64,000 nucleotides of DNA from a virus: positions 1 to 64,000 of IMG/VR virus record IMGVR_UViG_3300045988_142996; one strand, given 5' to 3'. Below, in pieces: positions 17,741 through 26,417 of the stretch (position 1 is its first letter; each line of letters starts with the position of its first letter). The notes under the pieces were generated by a model. The model had not been told where the DNA came from. It saw only the letters and a list, made by a program, of their open reading frames with translations, and searched no databases. The position numbers and the translations under genes are program-made.

Positions 17741-18102
17741 AGTTCATCCCGGATGGCATCAAACACCGGTTTCATCGCTGGGTTGATGTAATCCACGCCC
17801 TGCACATACCCGCCGTTTCGGGTGCCGTGTCCGTATTGCAAAATCACCGCAATGGGCACGCCGTCCACGATGTTTGCGTTTTTCCAGCAAAGGGTCGCCC
17901 CGGTTTTCTCCATTTTGATTTCGTAGCCCCAGCTGGCGGCGGTCTTTCCCGTTGCCTTCGGGGTGGCTTCTGCCAGCGCTTCCACGCCCTTTTGGCCGTA
18001 CTTTTCCAAGATGGGCCGGATGTTTCTCGTCCGCAGATGGGTCAGAAAGGTCAGGCTTTTCTTAAAGTCACCGCTCTGCCGCATTTCGATCACTCTGCTC
18101 AT
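17719..18102 (-). CDS. HK97 gp10-family-like protein (127 aa)
   Basis: ALAEATPKATGKTAASWGYE...VILQYGHG resembles the gp10 family pattern (AP..TG.L..SW). Its position between the chaperones and the TMP is atypical. Confidence 0.45.
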   Translation of the reverse strand: MSRVIEMRQSGDFKKSLTFLTHLRTRNIRPILEKYGQKGVEALAEATPKATGKTAASWGYEIKMEKTGATLCWKNANIVDGVPIAVILQYGHGTRNGGYVQGVDYINPAMKPVFDAIRDELWKEVTK

Positions 18103-18106
18103 TCCG

Positions 18107-18652
18107 TCACCCCTTCGTGTGGTACTTCGCTTTCCGCATGGCGTTCAGCTCCCGCTGCCGGGCCATCTGTTCCTGCCGTCCCATCTTTTCCCGGGGCATG
18201 TTCTCTTCGCTGCAGGCCCGGATCAGAGTCAAAAGCCGGTTCAAATGCCACTTTTCGCAGCTGAACGGGATGCCGTACTCGCACATCGAGGCGTAGATCG
18301 TCTCTGCGGTCTGGAATCGTGACCGCCGCTTTGCTCCTCTTCGTTCCTTGAAGGTGGTTGCGGTCATCGGGTCGTTCATATATGTCTGAATGGCTGCCAG
18401 GTTCTCCTTCGTCAGCCGCCGGTAAACGTTCGGGTCCACGCCCTGCGTCACGGTCATACACCGGATGTAGTCGTAGAGCTCCGCCTGTGTCTTCGGCTTC
18501 GACGGGTCGAGCCACGGCTTATGCCACTTGCATTCCCATTTGGACAGGGCAAGCAGGCTGTGCTCCAATCGCAGCACCGTAGGTTTTGTGTGCACGAACT
18601 CATTGGTTCGTTCATCCCAGTCTTCCAGGCCGGGTACTGTGATTTCCAGCAT
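18107..18652 (-). CDS. Phage Gp15-family protein (tail-assembly-chaperone-associated), 181 aa
   Basis: LEHSLLALSKWECKWHKPWL matches the remembered Phage_Gp15 signature (hSL.s.sKWE..w.KPF). Confidence 0.5.
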   Translation of the reverse strand: MLEITVPGLEDWDERTNEFVHTKPTVLRLEHSLLALSKWECKWHKPWLDPSKPKTQAELYDYIRCMTVTQGVDPNVYRRLTKENLAAIQTYMNDPMTATTFKERRGAKRRSRFQTAETIYASMCEYGIPFSCEKWHLNRLLTLIRACSEENMPREKMGRQEQMARQRELNAMRKAKYHTKG

Positions 18653-18707
18653 CGCGCTGCCTCCCTGTTTTGTTCAAATGTGGCCCGGTCACCCGGGCAA
18701 ATGATAG

Positions 18708-18743
18708 AAAAATAAAAAGATGCCCGTTTTTTACGCGGGCATC
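18708..18743 (-). terminator. Rho-independent terminator inside the tail operon
   Basis: Minus strand reads GATGCCCGCGTAAAAAACGGGCATC followed by TTTTTATTTTT. A second GC palindrome (GCCCGGtcacCCGGGC) lies at 18682-18697. Confidence 0.7.
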
Positions 18744-18775
18744 CTCGCCGCCAGAGCGGCAAAATCAAGTTTTTA

Positions 18776-19207
18776 TCAGCCCCGGGTCAGAGCAGGGGCT
18801 GCGCTGCCGGTTGCGGCCATCTCCAGAGCAGGGTTTGCGTTCTGGCGCAGGCTTGCAGGGATCACGCCGTTCATAAACTCGGCGCAATACTTCTCGTCGG
18901 TGAACATCTTCATGTAGATCTCGTCGTACACAGGGCTTGCCTCAAAGTCGGCGCGGATGGCATCGTTCTTGTAGAACTTGCGGCCGTCCGGGCTCTTCTC
19001 GCCATAGCTCTTCAGCAGGATCTCCTTGATGAGCTTCTCCAGCTCCTTCTGGCTCTTGGCCCTGATGATGCCGTTGATCTTGTCATCCATGCCGCCGTCG
19101 GTGGTCAGATGCATCTCCATCAGCTCGGCGCGGGTCAGGTTGAAGTAGAAATCCTCGGTACGCTCCACACCGTTGTAATCGGTGTAGGTAATGGTCTTCT
19201 TAAGCAT
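18776..19207 (-). CDS. Tail assembly chaperone (143 aa)
   Basis: ITYTDYNGVERTEDFYFNLTRAELMEM... is a typical siphophage TAC N-terminus. It lies directly downstream of the major tail protein. Confidence 0.6.
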   Translation of the reverse strand: MLKKTITYTDYNGVERTEDFYFNLTRAELMEMHLTTDGGMDDKINGIIRAKSQKELEKLIKEILLKSYGEKSPDGRKFYKNDAIRADFEASPVYDEIYMKMFTDEKYCAEFMNGVIPASLRQNANPALEMAATGSAAPALTRG

Positions 19208-19240
19208 AATGGGTTCTCCTTTGCTCCATTTTGATTTTCA

Positions 19241-19900
19241 TCAGGCGGCTTCCTTCGCCAAAGCGATCAGCTCGTCCGGGGTGGGCAGAGTGGCCTCTGC
19301 GCTTGCGGAGCCGTACAGCTTCTCTTCGATCTTGGCCATCTTCTTGGCATCCAGAACGGTGCTGTCAAAGCTCATGCAGGCCACGGGCTTGTAGCCGGTC
19401 ACAGTCACAGGCACAGTGCCGCACTCCCAGCTGAAGGTCTCAGCATCGGGGCTGTCATTCACGGTCTCGTGGGTGCGCTCGCTGGGCTGTGCAGTGGCGT
19501 TCCATACCACATGGATCACATAGCCGGCGTCGGGGTTCTGGTCGTTGCCCACCTTGGTCTGCCAGCTGAAGCCAAAGGCCTTGCGGGTCTGCTGACCCAG
19601 AGTCACGCCGGGCACCGGGCTGGCGGAGCCGTCGCAGGCTTCCCACTCATCGGGGTAGGTATAAGCCTCCACGGTAAAACCGTAGTCCTCGCCGGAGATC
19701 AGGCGGGCATACTTCTGGTTGTCGGCCCACAGGTCGGTGGGCTCTGCGCCGCTGGGGCTCTCGGTCACGCCAGTCAGGCCATTCCAGGCAACGCCGTTGT
19801 CATAGCCGGAGCCGCCGTCGGCCTTGGGGTACAGCACGCCCTTTTCCACGCCCATGGAGAACTTCCGCGCACCATCAGCATCCCAAATCAGTTTAGGCAT
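19241..19900 (-). CDS. Major tail (tube) protein
   Basis: GVEKGVLYP...YDNGVAWNGLTGVTESPSGAEPTDLWADNQKY...EAYTYPDEWEACDG. The start was set at MPKLIW behind AGGAGG-N8. The ORF stays open up to 19936. Confidence 0.65.
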   Translation of the reverse strand: MPKLIWDADGARKFSMGVEKGVLYPKADGGSGYDNGVAWNGLTGVTESPSGAEPTDLWADNQKYARLISGEDYGFTVEAYTYPDEWEACDGSASPVPGVTLGQQTRKAFGFSWQTKVGNDQNPDAGYVIHVVWNATAQPSERTHETVNDSPDAETFSWECGTVPVTVTGYKPVACMSFDSTVLDAKKMAKIEEKLYGSASAEATLPTPDELIALAKEAA

Positions 19901-19926
19901 AGTCATTTCCTCCTTTGAAAATGATG

Positions 19927-20259
19927 TCAGTACCACACGCTGAATACGTCGTGGTATAAGTTGTCCGAAACAAAATGGCGGTCGTGGGTGCTCTTCTCAA
20001 GCAAACTCACGGCCGCCGTCATTTCACTGTCCGGTTTCGGGTCGATCACGGTAATGGTGTAGTGGACTGTCTGCCGGTACACCTTGTCATTTGCATGCAG
20101 GTTGCGCAGCTTGTTCAGCTCGTACCGGATGCAGGGATACTTCATCTGCAGGTTTGCCGGGGGCTGGTAGTACACATTCTCGCTGCCGCACCGCTGTTTC
20201 ACGATGCTGCGCAGGTACTTGTCCAGCTCGGAGCGTCTCTCACTCAGCTTCACTGCCAT
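19927..20259 (-). CDS. Putative neck / tail-terminator protein (110 aa)
   Basis: Called on its position between the head-closure-like gene and the major tail protein. NVYYQPPANLQMKYPCIRYE resembles tail-completion families. Confidence 0.4.
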   Translation of the reverse strand: MAVKLSERRSELDKYLRSIVKQRCGSENVYYQPPANLQMKYPCIRYELNKLRNLHANDKVYRQTVHYTITVIDPKPDSEMTAAVSLLEKSTHDRHFVSDNLYHDVFSVWY

Positions 20260-20566
20260 GATAAAGCCCTCCCAGCGTCAGCACGACACGCGGGTATTCC
20301 ACCGCCGCATCGGTCACCTTCCACTTGCCGCCGTAAAGCGTCACATACCGGATATCGCAAAAGTGCTCGGTGATGTAAGGGTCTGCGATGACGCTCAGCG
20401 TGTTCGCAAGGCTGATATCATCGTTCACCTTGTCGCCGGACTGTAACCTGCGCGTGTTCCGTGTCAGGTCGCCGTAACAGTCACGCTCTGTTACGATCTC
20501 CGAGTAGACGCTCGGCTCTGTCTCCTGGGTCGTTACGAATCCCAGCTTCCCAAACCACTTGCTCAT
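20240..20566 (-). CDS. Putative head-closure / head-tail adaptor protein (108 aa)
   Basis: Called on position. The C-terminus IRYVTLYGGKWKVTD resembles the head-tail joining pattern. Confidence 0.4.
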   Translation of the reverse strand: MSKWFGKLGFVTTQETEPSVYSEIVTERDCYGDLTRNTRRLQSGDKVNDDISLANTLSVIADPYITEHFCDIRYVTLYGGKWKVTDAAVEYPRVVLTLGGLYHGSEAE

Positions 20567-20653
20567 CTTGCACTTTCACTCCATTTTGAATTTTCTGCGG
20601 CGCTTATGCCAGTTCATCCTTGTTCAGGATAAATTGGTCAAGCACAGCGCCGC

Positions 20654-20929
20654 TCAGGTAGGGTCGCTTGCGGTCCAGGTCACAGCCTTCAGGGTCGAAG
20701 CGGTGTCCATGGTCACCACACCGGCGGTGCCAAAGGCCACGGGCACCAGGTAGTTTGCACCCTCCACGATCACCAGACGGCCCTTCTTGAAGGCGTCCTC
20801 GATTTCAGCGGCAATCACGGTCTCCTTCAGAGCCTTGTCCGCGTACAGCTTGTGGTCAGCGGTCTTGCCGTAGACCATGTAAGTCGCAACGTGCAGATCC
20901 TTGCCATGCTCATAGAACTTCTTCAGCAT
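20654..20929 (-). CDS. Hypothetical head-associated protein (91 aa)
   Basis: ORF immediately downstream of the capsid gene. No family recognised. Confidence 0.5.
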   Translation of the reverse strand: MLKKFYEHGKDLHVATYMVYGKTADHKLYADKALKETVIAAEIEDAFKKGRLVIVEGANYLVPVAFGTAGVVTMDTASTLKAVTWTASDPT

Positions 20930-20946
20930 ATGGTTCTTCCTCCTTC

Positions 20947-22710
20947 TCAGGCAACCTTGTACTCGATGGCCATTGCGCTGAAGGGCACAGTCAGTGCGCC
21001 GGAGCAGCGGGTCTCGATCAGATACTTCTGCTGGTTGTAGTCGATGTCAAAGTCATCGAACATGTTCACGGCACCGCCCTTGTCAGCACCCACGGTGTAG
21101 TCGGTCAGGTTGACCACAATGCCAAACAGCTCGCCGCCCTTGGCACCCTTCAGGCCGGCCATCTGGGGCACGGTCACGATCTCCTTCACACGCATGGCCT
21201 GTGCAACCTCTGCCTCGTTCTTGTACAGGCGGTGGCCGATTTTGTCCTCCAGCAGGAGCATGTCGGTCAGGTTGTCCTCAGTGGTGAACAGGGTCGGGTT
21301 GCCGCTGCCCTTGTAGTCCTTGCGGGCCTTCAGGGAAGCATTCATGGCAGCCTTGATCTTGGTCTCGGTGTCTGCGCCGGAAGCGACCTGGGCCTCCACC
21401 TTGATGGTGTAGAAGTCGTCATCGCTCACAATGGGGCGGATGTTGCCCTCGTTGATCTTGTCATCGGAAGCAGCGTTGCGGCCATCGCCGATCAGGTAGG
21501 CACGAGCCAGCTCCTCGTTCAGCTTGGTGCGCATCTCCTGCTTCAGCCAGGCGATCACGTCAAAGCCGGTGATGTCTGCAATGTCATCGCGGTCCATCTT
21601 CTGCTTCTTGTAAACGGTGGTGGGGCTGGTGGAGCGCTTCAGCAGGCCGAACACCTGTTCCTTCTTGAAGTTGCCCTTGATGTAGCCCTTGGCGCGTGCG
21701 TCCTCCTCGGTCAGGTCAGCGGCCATGCTCTTGACGCGGCTGAAGGGAATATGGTGCACACCGCCCATGACCTTTGCGACCCAGCTCTGGTCGTTGTCAA
21801 TGATGCGGGGCGGGTTGTCCAGCAGGTGATCCTCCGGGAACAGCCATTCCACATCCTCGATGCCGTGGGCGATAAAGGCATCCTTCATACTGCCGCAGCG
21901 CTTGCCGTCTGCCATGGCAGCGTTGACCTCATCCATACTGTGCTTCAGCACGCCCTTCTCGTTGTCATTGTCGAAAACATTACGCTTCACGGTTTCTTCC
22001 TCCTTGTCTGTTTCTGCTGCATCGTCAGTGTCAGAGCCCTTGTTCTTCTTGGTTGCACCGATGATAGCGTAAACCACATTCTTCTGTTCATCAGTCATAC
22101 TGTCGAAGACTTCCTTAACGGTCTTCTCATTACCCTGATTTTCAGTAGCATCTGCCATTTTTTCTTCCTCCTTTTCGTCAGAATGAGTGATCTTTTCTCC
22201 CTCATCCAAAGGGTTGTCGTCCGGGTCCAGGCCATGGGTCAGGCTCAGACCACTGTCGGTATAGATCATGGCTTCGTAGCCATCATCTTCGTTGTAGTCG
22301 GCGCTGTGCTCCACGATCTCGTCGATCAGAGCACCCGGGTTGCATCCGGTCAGCACCAGACTCAGCTCCCGGATTACGCCATGCATCACCGTATTGCCGG
22401 CTTTCTTCAGGCCGTTTGCAAAGATGCTCATGGCATCAATGTCGCCGCAGCGCACCGCTTCCAGGGCCGTCTTGCCGCTTTTGGTGTCGTTCAGCTTCAC
22501 ATAGGCGTACACGCCATCCTTGCCGCGGTTCTGCAAAAGGGCATGGCCGAGTACATATTCCGGGCCGGAGTGATTGTGGTTCCACACCACGGGCACCTTC
22601 TTGCCGTTGTCGCCTGCAAAGGCGTTCGGCGCAATGGTCAGCCCGTCGTAGCACTTGGTGTTCGCCCTGGTCGCCCAGCCGGAAAAGTCATAGTCGAACG
22701 TCATATTCAT
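20947..22710 (-). CDS. Prohead protease (HK97/S78-type) fused to an acidic linker and an HK97-fold major capsid protein (587 aa)
   Basis: Protease N-domain: VPVVWNHNHSGPEYVLGHA...DAMSIFANG...IRELSLVLTGCNPGA. This is followed by an acidic, scaffold-like DE-rich linker. The capsid domain reads PFSRVKSMAADLTEEDARAKGY...FDVIAWLKQEMRTKLNEELARAYLIGDGR. Confidence 0.8.
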   Translation of the reverse strand: MNMTFDYDFSGWATRANTKCYDGLTIAPNAFAGDNGKKVPVVWNHNHSGPEYVLGHALLQNRGKDGVYAYVKLNDTKSGKTALEAVRCGDIDAMSIFANGLKKAGNTVMHGVIRELSLVLTGCNPGALIDEIVEHSADYNEDDGYEAMIYTDSGLSLTHGLDPDDNPLDEGEKITHSDEKEEEKMADATENQGNEKTVKEVFDSMTDEQKNVVYAIIGATKKNKGSDTDDAAETDKEEETVKRNVFDNDNEKGVLKHSMDEVNAAMADGKRCGSMKDAFIAHGIEDVEWLFPEDHLLDNPPRIIDNDQSWVAKVMGGVHHIPFSRVKSMAADLTEEDARAKGYIKGNFKKEQVFGLLKRSTSPTTVYKKQKMDRDDIADITGFDVIAWLKQEMRTKLNEELARAYLIGDGRNAASDDKINEGNIRPIVSDDDFYTIKVEAQVASGADTETKIKAAMNASLKARKDYKGSGNPTLFTTEDNLTDMLLLEDKIGHRLYKNEAEVAQAMRVKEIVTVPQMAGLKGAKGGELFGIVVNLTDYTVGADKGGAVNMFDDFDIDYNQQKYLIETRCSGALTVPFSAMAIEYKVA

Positions 22711-22761
22711 TCCTTTCTGTGGAGCACGGGTTGCGGCTCCCAGCGTCTATCTCGCTTCCGC

Positions 22762-24030
22762 TCATATCCTGCTGGCCGCGGCCCGAGCCAGAAGCCGGTC
22801 CACCGTTTCCTTGCCGCCTGCCATGGCGGTATTCTGCGCCTCTTCCGGGCTCTGGTTCAGGTTCTTGTTGCTCAACTCATCCGCACGCGGGTCTTTCGAG
22901 GGCTTCAGCCCGATCACCTGCCGGAACTCGTTGGAGCTCATGATCTCGTTGCGGGTAAACTTGTCCGCCATCTCGGCCACCGTACCAATGGGTGCCAGCT
23001 TGAACGGGTCACGGAAGAACAGGATGCTCTGGCCTTGACTTCTTGCGGTCTTGGTCAGGAACTTCCGCTTCATCTCGTCCACGATCGCGCTGATGATAGG
23101 CTCCACGATGCGGTTGTAGTAGTTGGTCATCGCCGCCTCGTCCGCTGTCCCGTTCATGATCTCGATGGTAATACCCAATTGACTGTAAAACATGTTCGTC
23201 AGGTATTCGATCTGCTTCAGAAGGTTGTTTTCGAGGCTGCGATTCAACTGCGTCACCCGCTCGGTGCCGTCCGTCCACGCAATGCCGTATTTCGAGTCCC
23301 GGAGCTGCTCTTCGATCTCCCGCCGGCGCTTGTTTGCCTGCTCTCTGCGGGCTTCACTCTTCACCACATAGGGCAGCTGAATGATCAGGTCCAGCTTTCC
23401 GGCACCGGCCTGCTCGTCTACCACGTCCAGAAGGCTCAGCTTCCGGATCAGGCGCTGCATCGTGCTGTTCGGCTCGTTCATAATGGCGTAGAACGGGTTC
23501 TCGATCAGCGCCACGGTCTTTTTCGGCAGAACCAGTTCTTCCTTCTGGCCGGTCCGGTCGTTGTAAAGCCGCACCCGTACGTGTTCGGGGTACCATTCCA
23601 GCACCTTACCCACCCGCATGGAGTAGATCTTGTAGCCACTGCTCTTGCTGGGGTCGTAGTCCGCTTCCACCGGCACCACGGCCACCACACCCTCGTCCAG
23701 CATGCTCATCACAATGTCCTGAATGAGCCCCCGCCCGGTCTGGTCGATGTTGGCTTCTAAATTCAGGCAAGAATTAAGGCCCGAATCGATGACCGAATCA
23801 AACCGGCCATTGTCATCGAGCCTTACATGCTGTATCGTGATGGCGCTGCAGTCCATCGAAATGCGGTTGTATACGCTGGTCACAAAAGTGCGTTCGTTGC
23901 CACGCGTCAGCCGCACCCGGTCAGGCCGGTAGCTGTACCCGCCTGCATATCCTCCAAAGTTCGGGGGAGGGTCCCGGTTCAGAAAAGCGTTCCAGGCGTG
24001 CTTCAGCCGGGAACCAAGATTCATTTCCAT
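22762..24030 (-). CDS. Portal protein
   Basis: About 420 aa, lying upstream of the protease-capsid gene, with a portal-like sequence (YSYRPDRVRL...SVYNRISMDCSAI...). The start was set at MEMNLGS behind GAGGAAGGG. The track start at 24051 is a TTG. Confidence 0.75.
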   Translation of the reverse strand: MEMNLGSRLKHAWNAFLNRDPPPNFGGYAGGYSYRPDRVRLTRGNERTFVTSVYNRISMDCSAITIQHVRLDDNGRFDSVIDSGLNSCLNLEANIDQTGRGLIQDIVMSMLDEGVVAVVPVEADYDPSKSSGYKIYSMRVGKVLEWYPEHVRVRLYNDRTGQKEELVLPKKTVALIENPFYAIMNEPNSTMQRLIRKLSLLDVVDEQAGAGKLDLIIQLPYVVKSEARREQANKRRREIEEQLRDSKYGIAWTDGTERVTQLNRSLENNLLKQIEYLTNMFYSQLGITIEIMNGTADEAAMTNYYNRIVEPIISAIVDEMKRKFLTKTARSQGQSILFFRDPFKLAPIGTVAEMADKFTRNEIMSSNEFRQVIGLKPSKDPRADELSNKNLNQSPEEAQNTAMAGGKETVDRLLARAAASRI

Positions 24031-24065
24031 TTTGAATTTTCCCTTCCTCAAAAGCGCAGGAGTGG

Positions 24066-24524
24066 TTAAACCAGCATGCTACGATCATAGCGTTCGCTGG
24101 TTACTTTCATAACTGCCGAGATTGCTGTAGCGGCCATTCCTTTTTGAATCACTTGAGAATCAACAATGTTTTTTCCAATTTTTGTCACGGCTCCATAGTT
24201 ATTGTAGAGCGTATTGATGGTTCCAAGTGCCGTTGCTGCTGTTCCTGCAATCCCGATTGCCTGCTTAATCCTATCTGGTTTTGCAATCAAGGATTCATAC
24301 TGTTTTTCTTTTTGCAAACGGTTGATTTTTGCATTAAGCTCCGAATCGCTCAATTCTCTGACGCTCTTTTTCTCGTGTGCGTGGGTATAGTCAGGGTGGT
24401 CATTCTGCTGATATCTCTTTTTGCCTTCTGCTGTTAAGCTGCCATCCTTATTCTGATAGCGTCGGGCACCCCACTTCTGACCTTTGATGCCCCAATGATA
24501 AAGTTCATCATTATATATGGTCAT
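24066..24524 (-). CDS. Hypothetical protein with an N-terminal ELYHWGIKGQKWGARRYQ motif (152 aa)
   Basis: RBS AAAGGAGGTGG lies upstream of MTIYNDELYHWGIKGQKWGARR. The C-terminal part is Gly/Ala/Thr-rich and hydrophobic. Confidence 0.65.
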   Translation of the reverse strand: MTIYNDELYHWGIKGQKWGARRYQNKDGSLTAEGKKRYQQNDHPDYTHAHEKKSVRELSDSELNAKINRLQKEKQYESLIAKPDRIKQAIGIAGTAATALGTINTLYNNYGAVTKIGKNIVDSQVIQKGMAATAISAVMKVTSERYDRSMLV

Positions 24525-24593
24525 ATTCCACCTCCTTTGCCGATAAACAAAAAGCGCACCAGCAATGAAGCTGATGCGCTCTGTCAAAAGTAT

Positions 24594-24800
24594 TTACGGG
24601 ATAATATCCAAAATGGACTCGCACATTTTTCCGATTTCGTTCGGGAAATAATTGTCATCCAGACCTCGGTATTCAAGTTCGTCGCCGACCCGCTCTTCGA
24701 TATCCGCCCATTCATCAGAAAAATCATTGATTTTAGTATAATCGTAGTTGAGCCCCAAACTTCTTAAAAACTCAATCTGTTTCTCGGTAAGCATACTCAA
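24594..24800 (-). CDS. Small acidic protein (68 aa); candidate immunity/antitoxin for 24801..25289
   Basis: Its start abuts the stop of the upstream toxin-like gene with no gap. It is D/E-rich (DFSDEWADIEERVGDELEYRGLDDNYF). Confidence 0.45.
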   Translation of the reverse strand: MSMLTEKQIEFLRSLGLNYDYTKINDFSDEWADIEERVGDELEYRGLDDNYFPNEIGKMCESILDIIP

Positions 24801-25289
24801 TCACCTTTTCGTGTATTTTCGGATTGCGTCATGCCCTGTTTTCCAAACAGTTGTGATGCACCCGTTCTCTGGATTTACATTTACCGTTGCGTACTGTCCA
24901 ATGAATCGCTGGCTTGGCTGGCCTTTTTCATTGTAGCGTACTTTTATTTTATCAGCATTTAATGGCTTTTGCAATGCATCCAGCATACCGTCAAGAGTAA
25001 CCTGTCGTGTTTTATCCTGTGTGCGAGCCAAGGCATGAATCGAGAGTCCTTTTACAAGTACACCATTTGATGTATAGAACGGTTTTCGGAATTTCCGTGC
25101 CGCTCGAGCCTCAATTGAATACCGATCATGCTCAAGCTGCTCTTTCGTTCTCCGCACACCCCACTTCATACCCTTAATGCCGTAGTGCCACAGCTCTTGA
25201 GTACCATCAGTCCATCTCCACATTTGGTGGCATCCTCTTTCTATCTGTTCTATTGCGTTTGTAACCATCCACGTGTTATACTTATTCAA
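24801..25289 (-). CDS. Protein with a WHYGIKGMKWGVRR motif and a C-terminal RelE/BrnT/DUF4258-like toxin-type domain (162 aa)
   Basis: The C-terminus SIHALARTQDKTRQVTLDGMLDAL...FIGQYATVNVNPENGCITTVWKT follows the H-A-x-x-R ... ITT(V/Y) pattern of small RNase toxins. Confidence 0.45.
   Translation of the reverse strand: MNKYNTWMVTNAIEQIERGCHQMWRWTDGTQELWHYGIKGMKWGVRRTKEQLEHDRYSIEARAARKFRKPFYTSNGVLVKGLSIHALARTQDKTRQVTLDGMLDALQKPLNADKIKVRYNEKGQPSQRFIGQYATVNVNPENGCITTVWKTGHDAIRKYTKR
25253..25282 (+). promoter_or_regulatory. Sigma-A-like promoter for the plus-strand cassette
   Basis: TTGCGT (25253-58), an 18-nt spacer ending in TGT, then TATACT (25277-82), about 48 nt upstream of the ATG at 25330. 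Confidence 0.4.
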
Positions 25290-25329
25290 ACCACTTTTTG
25301 CGATTATTTAACTCGAGGAGGTTCAGATC

Positions 25330-26385
25330 ATGTCCGATTCCGAAATGCTTTCCACTCAGTCTTCCAGCTGCGAGATCACATTATGTGATATTCCACTGGA
25401 CTTCGGCGATGCAATGCGATTCCATAAAATTGAATTTCCTGAGCAAGCCGGACTTGCGGCCAACTTGCTTCTTCGGCTTGTTCCTGCTGAACTCGCAGTG
25501 GGGGCAGCATCGAGCACCTATGTTCTTCGGTTTCCAAAAGGTATTCAGGGTTCTCTTATGAACTTGCATCAGGGTGGACAGTCTACCGTTATGAAGGATG
25601 CTACCGGACATTTTGTAGGAACTGCATCGTTATATCGCACTGATCCGGTATCACTGGCAACTTTCCAGGTGTTTAGCATTGCATCTTTTGCGACAGGACA
25701 GTATTTTCTTGCAGACATCAGCTCAAAACTCACCGAAGTCAATAAGAAGCTAGATGACCTTCTTGCATTTCTGCAGACCTCAAAGCGCACAGAACTTCTC
25801 TCCGAGCTGACGTTTGTGAAATATGCATTGGCAAATTATTCAACGATTATGCTTAATGATGCTCAGTGCATTGCAACGATTGGAAATCTTCAGCGTGCAA
25901 AAACCAAAGCGATTGCTGATATAGAGTTTTATACCGAGCAGCTCGAGAGTGCAGTCGCTGGCAAGTCGAATGAGAGCCAAGCTCAAATTGTTTTGCAGAA
26001 TAAGCAGGGGGTTGATCTCGCCTCTCAACTTTATGCTATCAGCGGAATTATGGAAACCTACTATTCACAAAATTGGAACGAGTCCTATCTTGCAAATATC
26101 AAAGCGGATGCCAAACCTCTTTTCGCTCTTACGCAAAACCGCATGATTGGTGCTTTGAGAACATTCTCTGATAAGGTGACCAAAGAGCTTGAGGCCCGGA
26201 AGAAAAATCCTCTTACTAAAAACGAGGTTTCCAAAAAAGAGTGCGAAGTTCTGCGAGTATGTGACGCTCTAAATTCTCAAGCTGAATCTCCGCTTCTTAT
26301 TTTGATGACGGATGCTCTGAATAAGCCTTCAAGGGAAACAGAGCTTTATCTTCGTCCAGACGGTAGTGTCTACCAAAAGATTTAA
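25330..26385 (+). CDS. Unknown 351-aa protein (first gene of the opposite-strand accessory cassette)
   Basis: A strong RBS GAGGAGG-N7-ATG. The N-terminal third looks beta-rich and the C-terminal two thirds are long helices. No family recognised by eye. Confidence 0.85.
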   Translation: MSDSEMLSTQSSSCEITLCDIPLDFGDAMRFHKIEFPEQAGLAANLLLRLVPAELAVGAASSTYVLRFPKGIQGSLMNLHQGGQSTVMKDATGHFVGTASLYRTDPVSLATFQVFSIASFATGQYFLADISSKLTEVNKKLDDLLAFLQTSKRTELLSELTFVKYALANYSTIMLNDAQCIATIGNLQRAKTKAIADIEFYTEQLESAVAGKSNESQAQIVLQNKQGVDLASQLYAISGIMETYYSQNWNESYLANIKADAKPLFALTQNRMIGALRTFSDKVTKELEARKKNPLTKNEVSKKECEVLRVCDALNSQAESPLLILMTDALNKPSRETELYLRPDGSVYQKI

Positions 26386-26417
26386 TCATCGTGAGGAAAA
26401 ATAGAAAGGAGCATTTC

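Noticed and set aside
18653-18775. Programmed -1 frameshift joining the two tail chaperone genes
   Set aside because: The genes do not overlap. A 123-nt spacer with an intrinsic terminator lies between them, and the second gene has its own RBS (GGGAGG).
21232-23760. 842-aa plus-strand ORF, the longest ORF on that strand
   Set aside because: It lies entirely antisense to the recognisable protease-capsid and portal genes. Its translation is low-complexity (H/V/L/R/G-rich) with no motifs and no RBS. It is a shadow ORF of a GC-rich coding strand.
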